From the NCBI RefSeq assembly GCF_002105155.1, contig NW_019028989.1, positions 744,001 through 808,000 of the forward strand: 64,000 bases of DNA. The letters are read 5' to 3'. The notes beneath the pieces are model-generated. The model worked only from the letters and a program-made list of their open reading frames with translations, made no database searches and was not told the origin of the DNA. The stretch comes from Lobosporangium transversale. Taxonomy: Eukaryota. The translations under genes and the position numbers were made by a program. Below, one piece after another: positions 51,274-64,000 of the stretch (positions are counted from its first letter, which is position 1; each line of letters starts with the position of its first letter).

Positions 51274-52492
51274 CATACATATCCTTTTCCTTTCAGCAGA
51301 GGTAATAAAGGGTAAGAAAGGAAGGGGCGAGACTGTCCTACTATCTATGATTTATACTTCGTTGCTCCTTTTTATTATTGCAATATTCATGTTTGGAGCC
51401 CTTCCCTTTCCTTGAGCGAATACGCGTGCACCCAATGTGGGATCGGCAACTCCGTTTTTCGTGTAATGAATGCAGCCCCCCTATAAGTCAAACAATCTAA
51501 TGAGGAAGAAGAGGAAGAAGAGGAAGGAGAAGACGAAGAAGAAAAAAAAAAAATACGAAAACGAACGACGTTGGTGCTGTTCCCAAAAGAGTGGATATAG
51601 TTCAGAGATATAAAAATCTCTTCTCACTTCTTTCCTATGCTTTTTACTCTTGAGAAGAATCACAACAAAGGTCAAAACAAGCAAGCTGAGGATTGAAAGG
51701 ATAAGCCAGCTCCTGTAAGGTGTAACAGTATTAGAAGTTGAAAAGGACGTTGTATATATGTATGTAGATATATATATATATATATATATTATTACATTTC
51801 TATTATTGGGTTTTCTTTTTTGCATTAAGGAATTTTTTTTTTTTTTTTTGCTGTGCCCGCATCGTCACGAGGCCAAAGGAATTCTTCAACATTCCTCGAA
51901 CCAAAAAAGAGTGACTTCACTTTTTTAAAGCTGTGGGAAATAAAGTCCATCCGAGGGAAAAAGGATGACGCTTCTTTTCTAAGCAAAGTGGAAGGTAGTA
52001 AAAAAAAAAAAGTATTACGTTTCCAAACATTAGGAATCATCTCTAAAATTGTCACATTGTCCTTCAACCAAGTATTCAAATAGGCGTAGCAGTAATAGCA
52101 AAATAAATAAGTAAAAAAAAAAAAAGAAAGAAAAGAAAAGAAAACGACGCGTCTTCGCAGGTTCAAAAAAAAAAAAAAAAAAAAAAAAAAAAGACGCGCA
52201 AAGGACATGCGTCGCGGGTTTTGCGACAAGACGCCACTTTTGAATTGATCTGCAAGTTGATCGTCACTGTTATTACTGGTTTTGCTGACAAAGACTCTTG
52301 GAGAACTCGGGTCTACGTTACTACGTTACTGTTTATTACTGCTATTCCAAACTTGTATAAATACGAACAAAGTTCATTTCCAACCTTTTCTTTTTCCATT
52401 CATTTCCTTTCCTCCATTTACTTCATTGCCTTCCCTTCTCTCTTTACTGCCTTTCATCTCTTTTCTTCAAGCATTCGATTCAAAAACACACC

Positions 52493-52700
52493 ATGAGCCT
52501 CACTACTGTCCAACAGGTCAAGCACTTTGGTGGCACGCTCACCAAGTATTCGCACGAGTCCAGTACGACTCAATGTACTATGCGCTTCAACCTCTTCTTG
52601 CCCAGGGCCGTTGAACAACATGCCAAGGTTCCTGTATGTCAAACCCCACCTCCCTTGTTTACGTTTCTTTCTCTCGGGTTGGTTGTGAATGTCGCTAATA

Positions 52701-52733
<33 letters not shown>

Positions 52734-53103
52734 CCTTCTTGGACATCAAGTTGCTTTACTGTCTTGGAGGATTGACTGCGACCGAGGATAATTTCCCCCA
52801 AAAGTCAGGATTTGGCGCCAAGGCTGCTGAGCATGGAATAGCTTTGGTCTTCCCTGACACTTCGCCTCGTAATGTCTATATTCTTTTGATTTGCCTCTGT
52901 TGCTTCTGCTGTTGTTGTCTAAAATATATATAGTTTAACTCTTTTCTCATTTTCATGTCTCTTTCCATTTGCATTTAGGCAACGTTGGAGTTGCTGAAGC
53001 TGAAGACGATAATTGCGTTGGATACAGTATGTGAAAGAGTAAAAATGTTTTTTTTTTTTTTTTTTTTTTTTTTTTCTCACGCTTCTAATTCTAATTTTTT
53101 TTT

Positions 53104-53148
<45 letters not shown>

Positions 53149-53582
53149 GCTGGATTCTACTTGAATGCTACTCAGGCTCCCTGGGAGAAGAACTGGAGGA
53201 TGTATGATTACATTGTCAAGGAACTTCCTCAACTCCTTGAAAATAACTTTCCAATTGTAAAGAAGACTCTCTTTTAAGCAACTTGCATTTATTCAGCTAT
53301 GACAAGAAGAAAAAAAAAAAAAAAAAAAAAAAAAACTAATGAAATGGTATATGTCGATTCCCTTTTATATATATATATATATATAAATAGGATCCTTCGC
53401 GCACTTCGATCATGGGTCATTCAATGGTATATCGATATTCCTTTTTTTATTTTTCTCTTGTTAATTACTTCTTATGGCTGCGCTTAACACATCGTCAAAA
53501 TTTCATCCGCATGGTGTTGTTACTTTAGGGAGGACATGGTGCTTTGACTATTTTCTTGAAGAATCAAGATCGTTACAAGGTA

Positions 53583-53630
<48 letters not shown>

Positions 53631-54233
53631 CTGCACTTTGGTAGGGTTTAGAAAGGGATATTTTTCTTACTGATCTTCATTTTTATTTTTATTTTTATTC
53701 TCAGTCTGTCTCGGCCTTTGCTCCTATTACGAATCTTTCAAGGTCTCCTTGGGGTCTCCATGCCTTGTCTCGTTACCTGGGTGAAGATCGCTCCACCTGG
53801 GCCGAATATGACGCAGTCGAATTGTTGAAACACCTTGCAGGCGAGAAAAAGTTACGAAACGATGTCAATTTTTTGATTGATCAGGTCAGTTCACCCCCTC
53901 CCCTCCTTTATCTTTATCCCTTTCCCTTTTTTCTTTCTCCTTCTTTTTCTCTGATTTTTCCACTGCGGAGCAAACTAAACAAAAGGTCAATTTTTTTTTT
54001 TTTTTTTTTATTTTATTTTTTATTTTTCTTTCCTTCCTTTATAGGGTACTGGAGACGAATATCTGAACCCAGATCACCTTCACACCTATGACTTGGTTGA
54101 AACAGTCAAGAAGCTCGGATTGACAAGTCAGTTTGACATCCGTTTCCACGACGGTTACAGCCACGGATACTATACTATCAGCACATTTATTAATGACCAT
54201 ATTGAACATCATGCCAAAGCTCTTGGTGTTTAG
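52493..54233 (+). CDS. ESD: S-formylglutathione hydrolase / esterase D (multi-exon)
   Basis: [88 protein letters not shown]. Confidence 0.95.
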
Positions 54234-54303
54234 ATCAAAATTCAAATAATTCAGTTCCAGATTAATTTGGAGAAAACAAAACAAAAAAAAAAAAAAACGA
54301 TAA

Positions 54304-54334
<31 letters not shown>

Positions 54335-54583
54335 CTTTTATTGCGATGGAATTCATTGATCTCAAAACATTGGTATAACCTCGTATAACCTTCTTTGACT
54401 TTTTGCCGAGGCTTTAAATCCAAGACAAAGTGTTGTGAGAAAGAAGTACAGTAGAAAGAAAGAATTGATAAAAGAACCAAGAGAAAAGGTAAGAAAGAGA
54501 GAGAAAGAGAGAAAGAGAGAAAGAGAGTTCCATATTGTAAAATCCTTCTGAACATGTCAGATTGACAAGAGCGAAGGTTTCTT

Positions 54584-55945
54584 TTACATAAAGTACATGA
54601 CTATACATTGGAACGAGACAGGAGGACGAAATAACAGAGAGGAATGAAGTTAGAAATTGAAAAAGTCAAAAAAGTAAAAAGGCAAAACAAAGCTTTTTTT
54701 TTTTTTTTTTAAAAAAAAATCTTACCTCGCAAGAGCTCTGGCTTGACCGCAAGATAAGAGCTTTCATCAACAGCACGTTCACTCACCTCCGACCCCTCAG
54801 TGTCAGACCAATGCTCACCCCTGGAGTGGAATCGAGCACGGATTGCGACCAAGTGTGCATAGTATGCTGGAGGTACCACCGAGACTGATCGGGTGCATCG
54901 AGCATACAAATGACAGAGCTTGTAGGTGAAATCCTGCAGCACATTGGCTGAGAATTCATTCTCATCCAGCAACACATGGTAATGCGTTGGACGAGACGTG
55001 CCTTGAAGACCTGCATGGCTCTGTAGATAAAAGTCAAATTCGGTTGGATGCACAATTCCCTTATCCACAACCGTTCCTGGCATGCAGTTTCCAACACGAT
55101 CTCCTTCTTCGCGTCGCATGGGGAAAAACCGGGCATGGTGGCGTTTTTGGACGACCACAAAGGTGATTGTAGGATTATAGTTGGCATCCAAGTTCCTGCA
55201 CGCAGCTCGGACGGATGAGACCTCGGATCGCAGCACCTCTGCGAACTGACCTTCCGAAACTCCGTCACGATAGAACAAAATACGCTCTGGTTTCTGACCA
55301 CAGGTTTGGTAGAAGGTTCGGAGAAGTTCTACAACCATGCCTCCGAGATCCGCAATAGTCTCTGTCTTTGCGGTCTGAACACGGACCGTTGCTGCGTACC
55401 GGGCAGCCTTTGAATCCATCGAGCCCACCAAGGAGGCAATCGAAGGGCGAGTTGTATCACCTATAGGTGCACAAGTTTAATAGAAATCGTTCATCCGTTC
55501 CGTTAATTGTGTATCTCATGCCCATCACTATTTTTTTTTTTTTTTTTTTTTTTTGCAAATTTTACCAGGGCGAGGATGGCTGACATCAGCTCCAAACAAG
55601 ATGGTTGGTTTCTGCGCCAAGAATGGTGTCTGTTGTGGCGACAAGAAAGAGTTCATCCCTCCTAGTTTGACATTCATCTTCAAGCAGACATTGGCACAAT
55701 ATTGCTTCTTGGGCACTCGAGTATGACTCATCTGGATACACTGCGTAGGGATACCAATCACAGTATCACTCACACGCTTGATTTCCGCATATAAGGGTAC
55801 GCCCTTGTTGGGCAAAATGCAGAGCAATAATTGAGGCTGTGACTTGACAGCATTACCAGCACGAAGCCACATTGTCTTGAGACTACCCTCAATATCGCCT
55901 TCAGGGTTGGCGTACATGAGGGGAGGACGTTTGTTCACAATGTTC

Positions 55946-56000
<55 letters not shown>

Positions 56001-57239
56001 GCATGTGAATGAGCCTATCAATATCAAGCTATGTAAGGTACGATGGTTTTTTAATATATAGGACAAGAGATCATATAGAGAGGGTGTCATTGGACTAACC
56101 ATGCCAGTATCGATACAGGTAACAATCAACTCGCGAATGAAACCCTCCACCTGAGGAGGAGGAACTTCACGTTCCTGTGCAAAGATGAGAACGCCCCACG
56201 AGCCAAGTGTAGCACCGGTGGCAACCTTCTTGTCCCTGAGATTCCAGGCACCGTCCACAGGAGTGAAGTTGGCCTGACGCGACGAAGGATGATAGGAAAT
56301 GTTGGGCGGGGGCAATATTCGCGCTTTTTAAAACAAAAATAAAATTAATAATCAGGATTGACTCTCTCTAGAAAGGCTCAGGAACGAACATGATGGTGCT
56401 CCTCTCTTTAGCCACAAAAAAAAAAAAAAAAAAAAAAAAAAAACATTAATTTTACCTTGAATCTCAATCATCTCCGTGGAAACTCTCAAGCCAAAATCTC
56501 TCATGTACTCATTATCCTGGAAACTCAGGAGCTTGAGACCATCTTTGATCTTGTTGGCACGGATATGAGGGGGTTGGCACGTGAATTTAATCATGTCTGC
56601 TGTTTGTTTCTCGTTCAACTTTTTGATATTGCGTTGACCTTCGATCACGCTACAGATCTCCATGGGCAGATAAACCTCACGTCCAGTGACCACGCAGGGC
56701 ATGAATGGGAATGACAATCGACGGCCGTAAACTTCGTTAAAGTACGTCGCAACATCGGTCTTGACATCATCTCTCATAAAGGTTGTTCGACTAGCAGGAG
56801 TAACTGTCAGCTTGGAAATTTTGAACTTTCGCTTGACATCACCGCGGTGAATGACTCTGATCAACAGTCCACGGAGAAACTTTTCGAGTCTATCGCGATC
56901 ACGATCTGTAAATCCTTGACGGAAATCATCTATAGAATAGAATAGAAGAAAGACTCGTGTCAGTGTATTGCTTCAAGCCTAGAAAAAAAATAAAAAATAA
57001 AAAAAATAAAAAAAATAAAAAAAAAAGAAGGCGAGGAAGCCCAGGAGAAAACAAATACTTGCTTACCAATGCTGCGTTTATTTAAAAACTTGACAGCCAG
57101 TTCCAACAAAGATCCAGATTGGTAGTACGTGGTTGCAGCAACATCCAAGTTGATCAACATTTTTCCTGCGTAGTTTCATATCCATTGTAAAAAAATAAAA
57201 AAAAAAAATTCAGTTTTTAGTCACATGAACCGTAGTATT

Positions 57240-57270
<31 letters not shown>

Positions 57271-57648
57271 TAATTACCAACAGCTGGACGCGCAGATTGA
57301 TAGAATCCATTCCAGACCTGAATGCCACCACTCAACGGTGACGCGCCATCCGGAGTGAAGAAAGACCGATTGACGGTAGAATAGAGCAAAGCGGGTTTAT
57401 GTCGAATTAGGACATCCAATGCCATGATGGCCGTCAAACAATTGGCGGTCAAGGATGACTGTCCGTTTAAGAAGCGATGAAGCTCTTCCAGATTAATCTC
57501 TGCAGCCTTCTTGATCTTGACTTTGAACACATCGGGTTGTCGACCAGCTCCGCCTCTGGGTTGCTCATCAGGCAAAGAAATCTGTTTAAGAAAGAATAAG
57601 AATAAGAATAAGAATAAAGATAGAACCTTCAACACAAATACAGGACGG

Positions 57649-57681
<33 letters not shown>

Positions 57682-58436
57682 AGGACGGACGACGGGAAGC
57701 GGATGTGTCGGAGCGCATTGGATGGCAAAAGAATTGCGTCAGGGGACCATGTGCAGAAGAAAAAAAAATTTTTTTTATTCTCTCCTGTGTTGTAGTTCCT
57801 TTCTTCCCGCTGGATGCATGCATCGAAAGGATTTTTTTTTTTTCTCGCACAAAGCAATGAATATGGTCGAGTCGCATGCGGGAATGTTTCTGGGGAGGAT
57901 GGGAAAAGATGGAATATATGTAGACCAGCCGACCAGCCTATTGTCATGACTCTTCAGTGTTTTTTGAGAGAAAAACAAAGAACCTTTTTACCAACACTAA
58001 AGACAAGTTTCATCATAGACATCTCCCCTCCAGCCCCTGCATCTACACTCTTCCCCCTTGACAATTATCAAAAACATAAAAAAAAAAAAACAATAGAAAA
58101 GCATAGAAGAAAAAGAAAAATGAATAGAAAAAAGCTTACTTCAAAAGTCTTGCTCTCAAAAGGCAATGCTCTAGCAGCAAACATGTTCTTACGACCATCA
58201 AAGACAGGCTTAGTTCCTTCAAAATCAGACCTGCCAAAGAGATTCAACATCTGGGTAAAGATTCGTCTGTTGACCACTGGAGGAACATCCTTTGTAATAG
58301 TTACATCGTAGTGGTACACGTTAATGTCCGGTAAACGTGTAATCTCGAAAAAGTTTGCTCGAATTCTAATCGGACGACCTGCATCTCCTAGTGCCGAGGG
58401 TCGAACCGCAAACTCTGTACGCTCAAGTGTTGACAT
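54584..58436 (-). CDS. AGO1: Argonaute (N, PAZ, MID, PIWI) with an apparently intact DEDH catalytic tetrad
   Basis: [82 protein letters not shown]; last exon VMYFM*. Symbol is family-level. Confidence 0.96.
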
Positions 58437-58438
58437 TG

Positions 58439-58479
<41 letters not shown>

Positions 58480-59903
58480 CTTCCTATTTCTTTTTCTTTT
58501 TCTTTTTTTTCTTTTTCTTTCTTTTCTTGTTTTCCTTTTTATGTTGGATGTTGGAAAAGAAATAGTTTTTATAGTTGGACGGGAATGGGTGTGAAAAGGT
58601 TGTGGTATTAAGGACGGCAGATGTGGTACTGGAGAATGAAACAATGCTTTTTTCTTTCCGCTTTTTTTATAACCAAGGATCCACAAGTTGATGAATGGCC
58701 CTTTTGTTCTTTTAAGCTTTAGTAACCTTATCCTGTGTGTGATAATTGTCTTTTTTTTTCTCTTAATGGAAAAAATAAAAATAAAAAAATAAAAAGAGAT
58801 CTAGAAGATTGTGAAAAATTAGTTCAAGAAAGACGTTTTTTTTTTTTAGTGTCCAGTACGTGCCAATGGTCAATGGTCAATGGTTAGGTTTTCCTTGTGC
58901 AGTATCATTCCCATTCCCATTGGGATAATGTGAAATCTGCTAAAAACTTTTTTTTTTTTTTCTTATTTTTTAACTTAAAAAAGGCAATAATATAAAGAAT
59001 CAAGTTGATCTGATCTTTTTTTAAAGAAATGCTTACTCTTTTTTTTTTTTTTTTTTTTTTTTTGTCTGAAAACAGTTGATTCCGAAAACTCCCTGTGATT
59101 TTCGTCTTGTACTAGATCTTCAATGGGACAATATCAACCAACGAGAGACTGAATGTAGGCGTGGATGCAATGTAATGGAATGAACAAAGTCCAAAACCAA
59201 CAACAGTGACGGCGACGGTGACTTTAGGGCAGCGACGACGGCAGTAATAGCAAGAGCAGCAGCAGCAACAACAACAGCAACAGCAACAACAGCAACAACA
59301 ACAACAACAGCAGCAGCAACAGCAATAGCAACGACAACTATATCAATAGCAGCAGTGTAGCTATTGCAATTGACAATTGACAATGATAATAGTAAAAACA
59401 ATGACAGTAATAAAAAAAATAAAAAAAAACGACTACGACTTCGACTACGACCACGAGTAAAATAGAGAAAGGAAAAAAGAGAAACTACTTAAACCATGCG
59501 TGTATGTGGAAATAAGGAATAAAAAAAGTAAAAAAAGGATTCTGTGTGGTTTGTGTTCAATGGAACTTTTTTTTTTCATGGACAGATAATTTGCTTATCG
59601 GACTGTCCTTTTTTTTCTTCTTCGCCCCTTTTGTTTGCCAAGCCATCCTTATTCCTGTGTATCCCATGCCATCATGCCATGGCAACGACTGATTTGCTTT
59701 CGCTTTTTTTTATTTGTTCTTTTGTGATACTAGAATGGTAAATAGTCGCTTCAAGAACAAAACTGCATACACTCCATCCAGACAGACAGAGAGGCAGGAG
59801 AAGGAAGAAACAAAATTCGAAACTGATGAGGATAAAGTAGATGTACAAATAAAACAAAAGAAATAAAATAAAATAAAGATAAAAGCAATTGGTCTGTTGG
59901 ATA

Positions 59904-61028
59904 TTAACGGAACGTGGATAAGGTAGAACCTGACAATGGCTGACTCCTTCCGCTGAAGAACTCGCTCATCTGCTGTGCTGGTAATGCACCCTCGACCTTG
60001 GATCGGTTGATCTGCTTCCGTGCAGAATCGCCGACTATGGGCATGGTCGCATACGACTTCTGCAAGTACCACAACAGACGTAGCTTATGAGCTCGTCTTG
60101 GGTTCAAAAAGTCAAGGTGACACTCAAATGAAATAGGCTCAATCCAGCGTTCTCCATCAATCTTCTTGCCCTTACGCGTAAATGAAGAGACCTTGTAGAT
60201 GAATGCCCAAGGGCATCCCTTATCAGATCCTAATAAGGTCCTTGTCCCAGGCTTGACAATCGTCATATGGGCCTCCTTATCCAAATAGTCGTACTTGTCC
60301 ACATCACCTACAGAAATGATACGGATCATAGGCTTGGTTATACCAAACGTCTTGCTGTAGACTTGACCGCGAAGCTCAGGTTTGTGTGTAGGCTTTGGCA
60401 GCCATCGAATCCGGTTCGTGGCCTCATCAAACGAATCAAACAAAAACTCTGGACGGAATGTCCGATGACCTTCCTGATCAATCCAAAGGACCACATGGCT
60501 CATCATAAATTTGTCCAAAAGTGCCCGAGTTGTCAGCTGGCGCCAACGATCCGATAATTTGTGCAGATCAAACAATTCAAGGATAGTTAAGGTCTCAAGG
60601 ATCAGGGCAACCACATCAATCGGCAAATTCTCCATCTCAGCTGTCGACGGAATGTTGACAGGGATACGGCTGTTTGTTACTGTCGCATTGCCATTAATGC
60701 CTGTGGTGACAGCGGTTGTAGTAGTAGAGGTGGTGGTGCTAGTCGTAGTCCCATTGTTATTGGACGCAGCTGCATGGGTTCCTAGAATCGAGGCGAGATC
60801 ATAGGTCGGAGGCAATGTGTTGGGCCCACTATCCGTGTCAATTGAGCCTAATGAGATGTTGTCAGCAATATCCTCTTCGTCCTCAAATGAGCCAGAGTCG
60901 GACACGTGGCGCGGTGCAGCATTGGTATCGTGCTCATCAAGGCTTAGGTCAATGAGCTGACCTTCCAACACGGTCGTTGTGTTGTCCCCTGTCCTTGCTC
61001 CCTCAGTAACAGTACTAGTGTTAACCAT
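59904..61028 (-). CDS. F-box protein of unknown specificity
   Basis: 374-aa ORF containing LPIDVVALILETLTILELFDLHKLSDRWRQL. Confidence 0.7.
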   Translation of the reverse strand: MVNTSTVTEGARTGDNTTTVLEGQLIDLSLDEHDTNAAPRHVSDSGSFEDEEDIADNISLGSIDTDSGPNTLPPTYDLASILGTHAAASNNNGTTTSTTTSTTTTAVTTGINGNATVTNSRIPVNIPSTAEMENLPIDVVALILETLTILELFDLHKLSDRWRQLTTRALLDKFMMSHVVLWIDQEGHRTFRPEFLFDSFDEATNRIRWLPKPTHKPELRGQVYSKTFGITKPMIRIISVGDVDKYDYLDKEAHMTIVKPGTRTLLGSDKGCPWAFIYKVSSFTRKGKKIDGERWIEPISFECHLDFLNPRRAHKLRLLWYLQKSYATMPIVGDSARKQINRSKVEGALPAQQMSEFFSGRSQPLSGSTLSTFR

Positions 61029-62282
61029 GTTTATGGTTTTTTTTTTATTATTCTTTTTCTTTGTTATACGAATGGCAATGAACCCTGCTTCAGAGTCAGT
61101 GTTGGACTGTCATGGTTAGATTAGACAAAGATATAAAGTAAGGAAAAAAAAAAAGGTTAGACCCGAATTATGTTTCCGCGTCAACCAACAATCCCTCACT
61201 GTGTCTTTTCCCATGCCCCATCTGTCCTAATGTCATTGAGATACAGGCACTCAAGTGTATCAGGAGAGAGCAATCACCACCAAAAAGCGCATTGTTCGTT
61301 TTTTTTTTTTTTTTTTTTCTTTTCCAGCGCAGAAACATGAAATCCTGGGGTGTAACATGAAAACATGGTAGACACGGAAGAAACTGTTTTATCCGCGAAG
61401 CCTCAAACGTCCTGGACGTGTAGAAACTGTACTCACTACAAAAGCAAACACAGAAACAAGTTTGTACTTTTTCTCCACACTTCATGTTTATTCAAGGTTA
61501 TAGCATAATCAGCAGTCATAGTCATCGTTGAGGAAGAGTCGTTCATTCATCTACAGTTTCATGAGCAGAGACACATGGCTTCATTCCTCAAGAAGCATTG
61601 CTAATGTAGTTGTTCTCTTTCCCATGAACATACTGCAGATATTGTCTGGATAGACAATTCATTTCTTTCTTTCTTTACTTTTCAATTCCTCAGCAAGTAA
61701 GTAAGAGTATGCTGTCATAGTAAGTTTGAGTAATGCAGAAAAACACAGAAACCAATGGGCAAAAAAAAAAAAACTTGAGGAGGCTTCTGTATCCGTTGAA
61801 TGAACGAGGGAGAGAAGGAGAAGGAAGAGGAAAAGGATGGATACACTTGAAGTGTTTAGTACCTTTGACAAGAGTTTGCTGTTTGGACAGGTGGAGTATG
61901 AAGGATGAAAAGTAAAGAAGCGTGTCAAAAACAGAAGACAAAATGCGGAACAATAAAGGATGGTGTTATCAGTGATGTTGTTGAAATTGTTGATATTGGA
62001 GGTATGAATGCGAGAAGAGAAAGAAAAGAAAAAGAAAGGAAAAAAAAAAAAAAAGGAAAAAGGGCTTTTCTCTACTGTATATACTTCTGTTGGTTGGCTA
62101 AAACAAAATAACCTGCATATACAAAACATGCAAAGGATTGGCTGTAGGCTGTGATAAGTTTGAATGAATGAATTAGAGCGATCTATGAACAGCCAATGTT
62201 GATGTATAAACACGCATGGGATCAGTTATCTTCTGGAACATGTATTTCTTACCATCCGTTCAACTACAATGCTCCTTTCAAG

Positions 62283-62319
<37 letters not shown>

Positions 62320-64000
62320 CCCTCGCCTTGTGCTTTTGTTAAAGTCGATCGTGTAAAAATACGATAAACAGGTTTTTGTTCATGATGCGAGTATGTTTTA
62401 AGCAATGCTTGTGTTTTATTATACCCAATCCCTTTGTCTATTCCCTCTACTCTTCTACTCTTCTACTCTTCTACTCTTCTCCATTGCTCCACTGGTCAGG
62501 GTATGTCCCCGTCCAATTTCCGCGGAAGTGCTTCCAGAGATGGCAAAAGGAGGAGAGAGGGGAGAGAGAGATCAACAAGAATTCGGATCACAAACCGAAG
62601 CTATCACACGCTCTTCAAAGATAGCCTATAATTGATTGGACAAGAGCAAATGACCATCAGACCACCAGATGTCGCTTTGGTCTTTCTTTTTTAATGCTTT
62701 CGTTCATTGCCTGTTGCTTCGTCCTTTCATTACAACTATGATTTGCTTTGGGTTCGTAAAGCCCCATATATACTTTGTAGTACAAATGAACAGAAAGTTG
62801 CCTCTTCTATAATCGAATCAACTGAATGAATGAAATGAAATACATTAGGTTTTGACCCGTACAACAGTAACCCGTGGGAAGCTCAGGGAGAGGTCCTTGC
62901 CTTCTGATTTGATGATGGTAATGTCGGTATGTATTGACAAACATAATCATGCATCGCATCCAGTCACTCCTTGTCTTTCTCTCTCTGCATTGACCAGATT
63001 TTGACGCTTGACACGATGGGACACATGTGTACACATATTTATACAACCAATGCGTTCGCTCCAGTCATCATTGCTCAACACAGCCCTGTTCTTCTGAATT
63101 GTCTTTTTTTAAGATTTCGGACATGCTCCCGGTGTTTGTGTATCTATTCATTCTTTTTTTTAAAAAAAAAAAAACTATCCATCTTTGCTTACTATTCTCG
63201 ATTGTGATCAGTAACAGAAGTTTTTTAACTCTAAAGAAAAATAGAAAGAAAAGATTCCAATAATACATTATATAATATATACTTCTTCAAAGGTCCAGAA
63301 CATCTGTCCTCCTTCCATACAACAAAATAAGATCGCTTATGCTTAATCTGCTACTGAATCCTTTCACTTGGGAAAGAAGGCAATCAATCCACATGATCCA
63401 CATGGCAATAGTATTCAAGCCACAGCCGCCATTTAAGACGAGCAAAAAATAAAAGTACCCCATTATCATTGGTCCTACTTTATCTTTAAGTATATCTGGC
63501 ACCCGTTTTTATCAATGAGAGGAGTAGCGTCTTTTGGATATGGCGTGTCAGATAACCATAGAGTTAGCAGAGAAAGAAGTGTGCTCAGCTCGGCTTTTAC
63601 TGCCTTATCAGCATTTATGTACAAACGTGTACATGTGTGTAGTGTGTACTGAAAAAGTGATGCACTGGATCAGCCAATCAACGAATCGAGGAAAATGAAG
63701 GACTAACAGCTTTTTTTTTTTCCTCCTGGGAATCTGGGGGTTTAACTTTTTTAGGGATGTTTCTTCTGTCTGTTGCTTCTGACTTGCTTCTGTTTGTTCT
63801 ATACTTCTGTCTGTTATTGCTACAACCACAAGGGAAGGTTGATCAACTGAGCACTACTCACATGTATATACAAGTGGATGTATATCAGGGCTACAATGCA
63901 GTGCTCTTGTGCGATGTTTTAGCGTAATGCTGAAACATGATGAAGTATTGGGATTAATAGATTTGATCAGGAAGATACTCATAATCATAATAAAATGGTG

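Noticed and set aside
54584..58436. Functional link between Argonaute and the inverted-repeat element
   Set aside because: They are ~18 kb apart with unrelated genes between; proximity alone is not evidence.
61100..64000. Numerous 60-180-aa ORFs, including poly-Phe/poly-Lys ORFs here and throughout the window
   Set aside because: They arise from homopolymer tracts and AT-rich intergenic or intronic DNA and show no recognisable domains.

Overview
Intron-rich fungal genomic DNA with very many poly-A/poly-T tracts; the gene families point to Mortierellaceae (Mucoromycota), which is inference. Housekeeping content: an MFS transporter, VPS53, SEC62, a TEA/ATTS transcription factor, a serine beta-lactamase-like gene plus a decayed tandem copy, ceramide synthase, GPI14/PIG-M, LCB2, two tandem LPMO-like secreted proteins, S-formylglutathione hydrolase, Argonaute and an F-box protein. 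The most striking feature is an ~8.4-kb segment (27973-36374) bounded by ~1-kb near-identical inverted repeats that start with CACTATGG and are flanked by ATAT. Each repeat contains a near-canonical HDV-like self-cleaving ribozyme fold facing inward, preceded by a separate structured RNA-like region. A third, diverged ribozyme of the same family lies just outside the left end. The segment carries no recognisable intact transposase; it holds an intact RNI-like LRR gene and two decayed repeat-protein genes (a pentapeptide-WD40 gene and an F-box/LRR-like gene). All structures were folded and aligned by eye; no searches were run.
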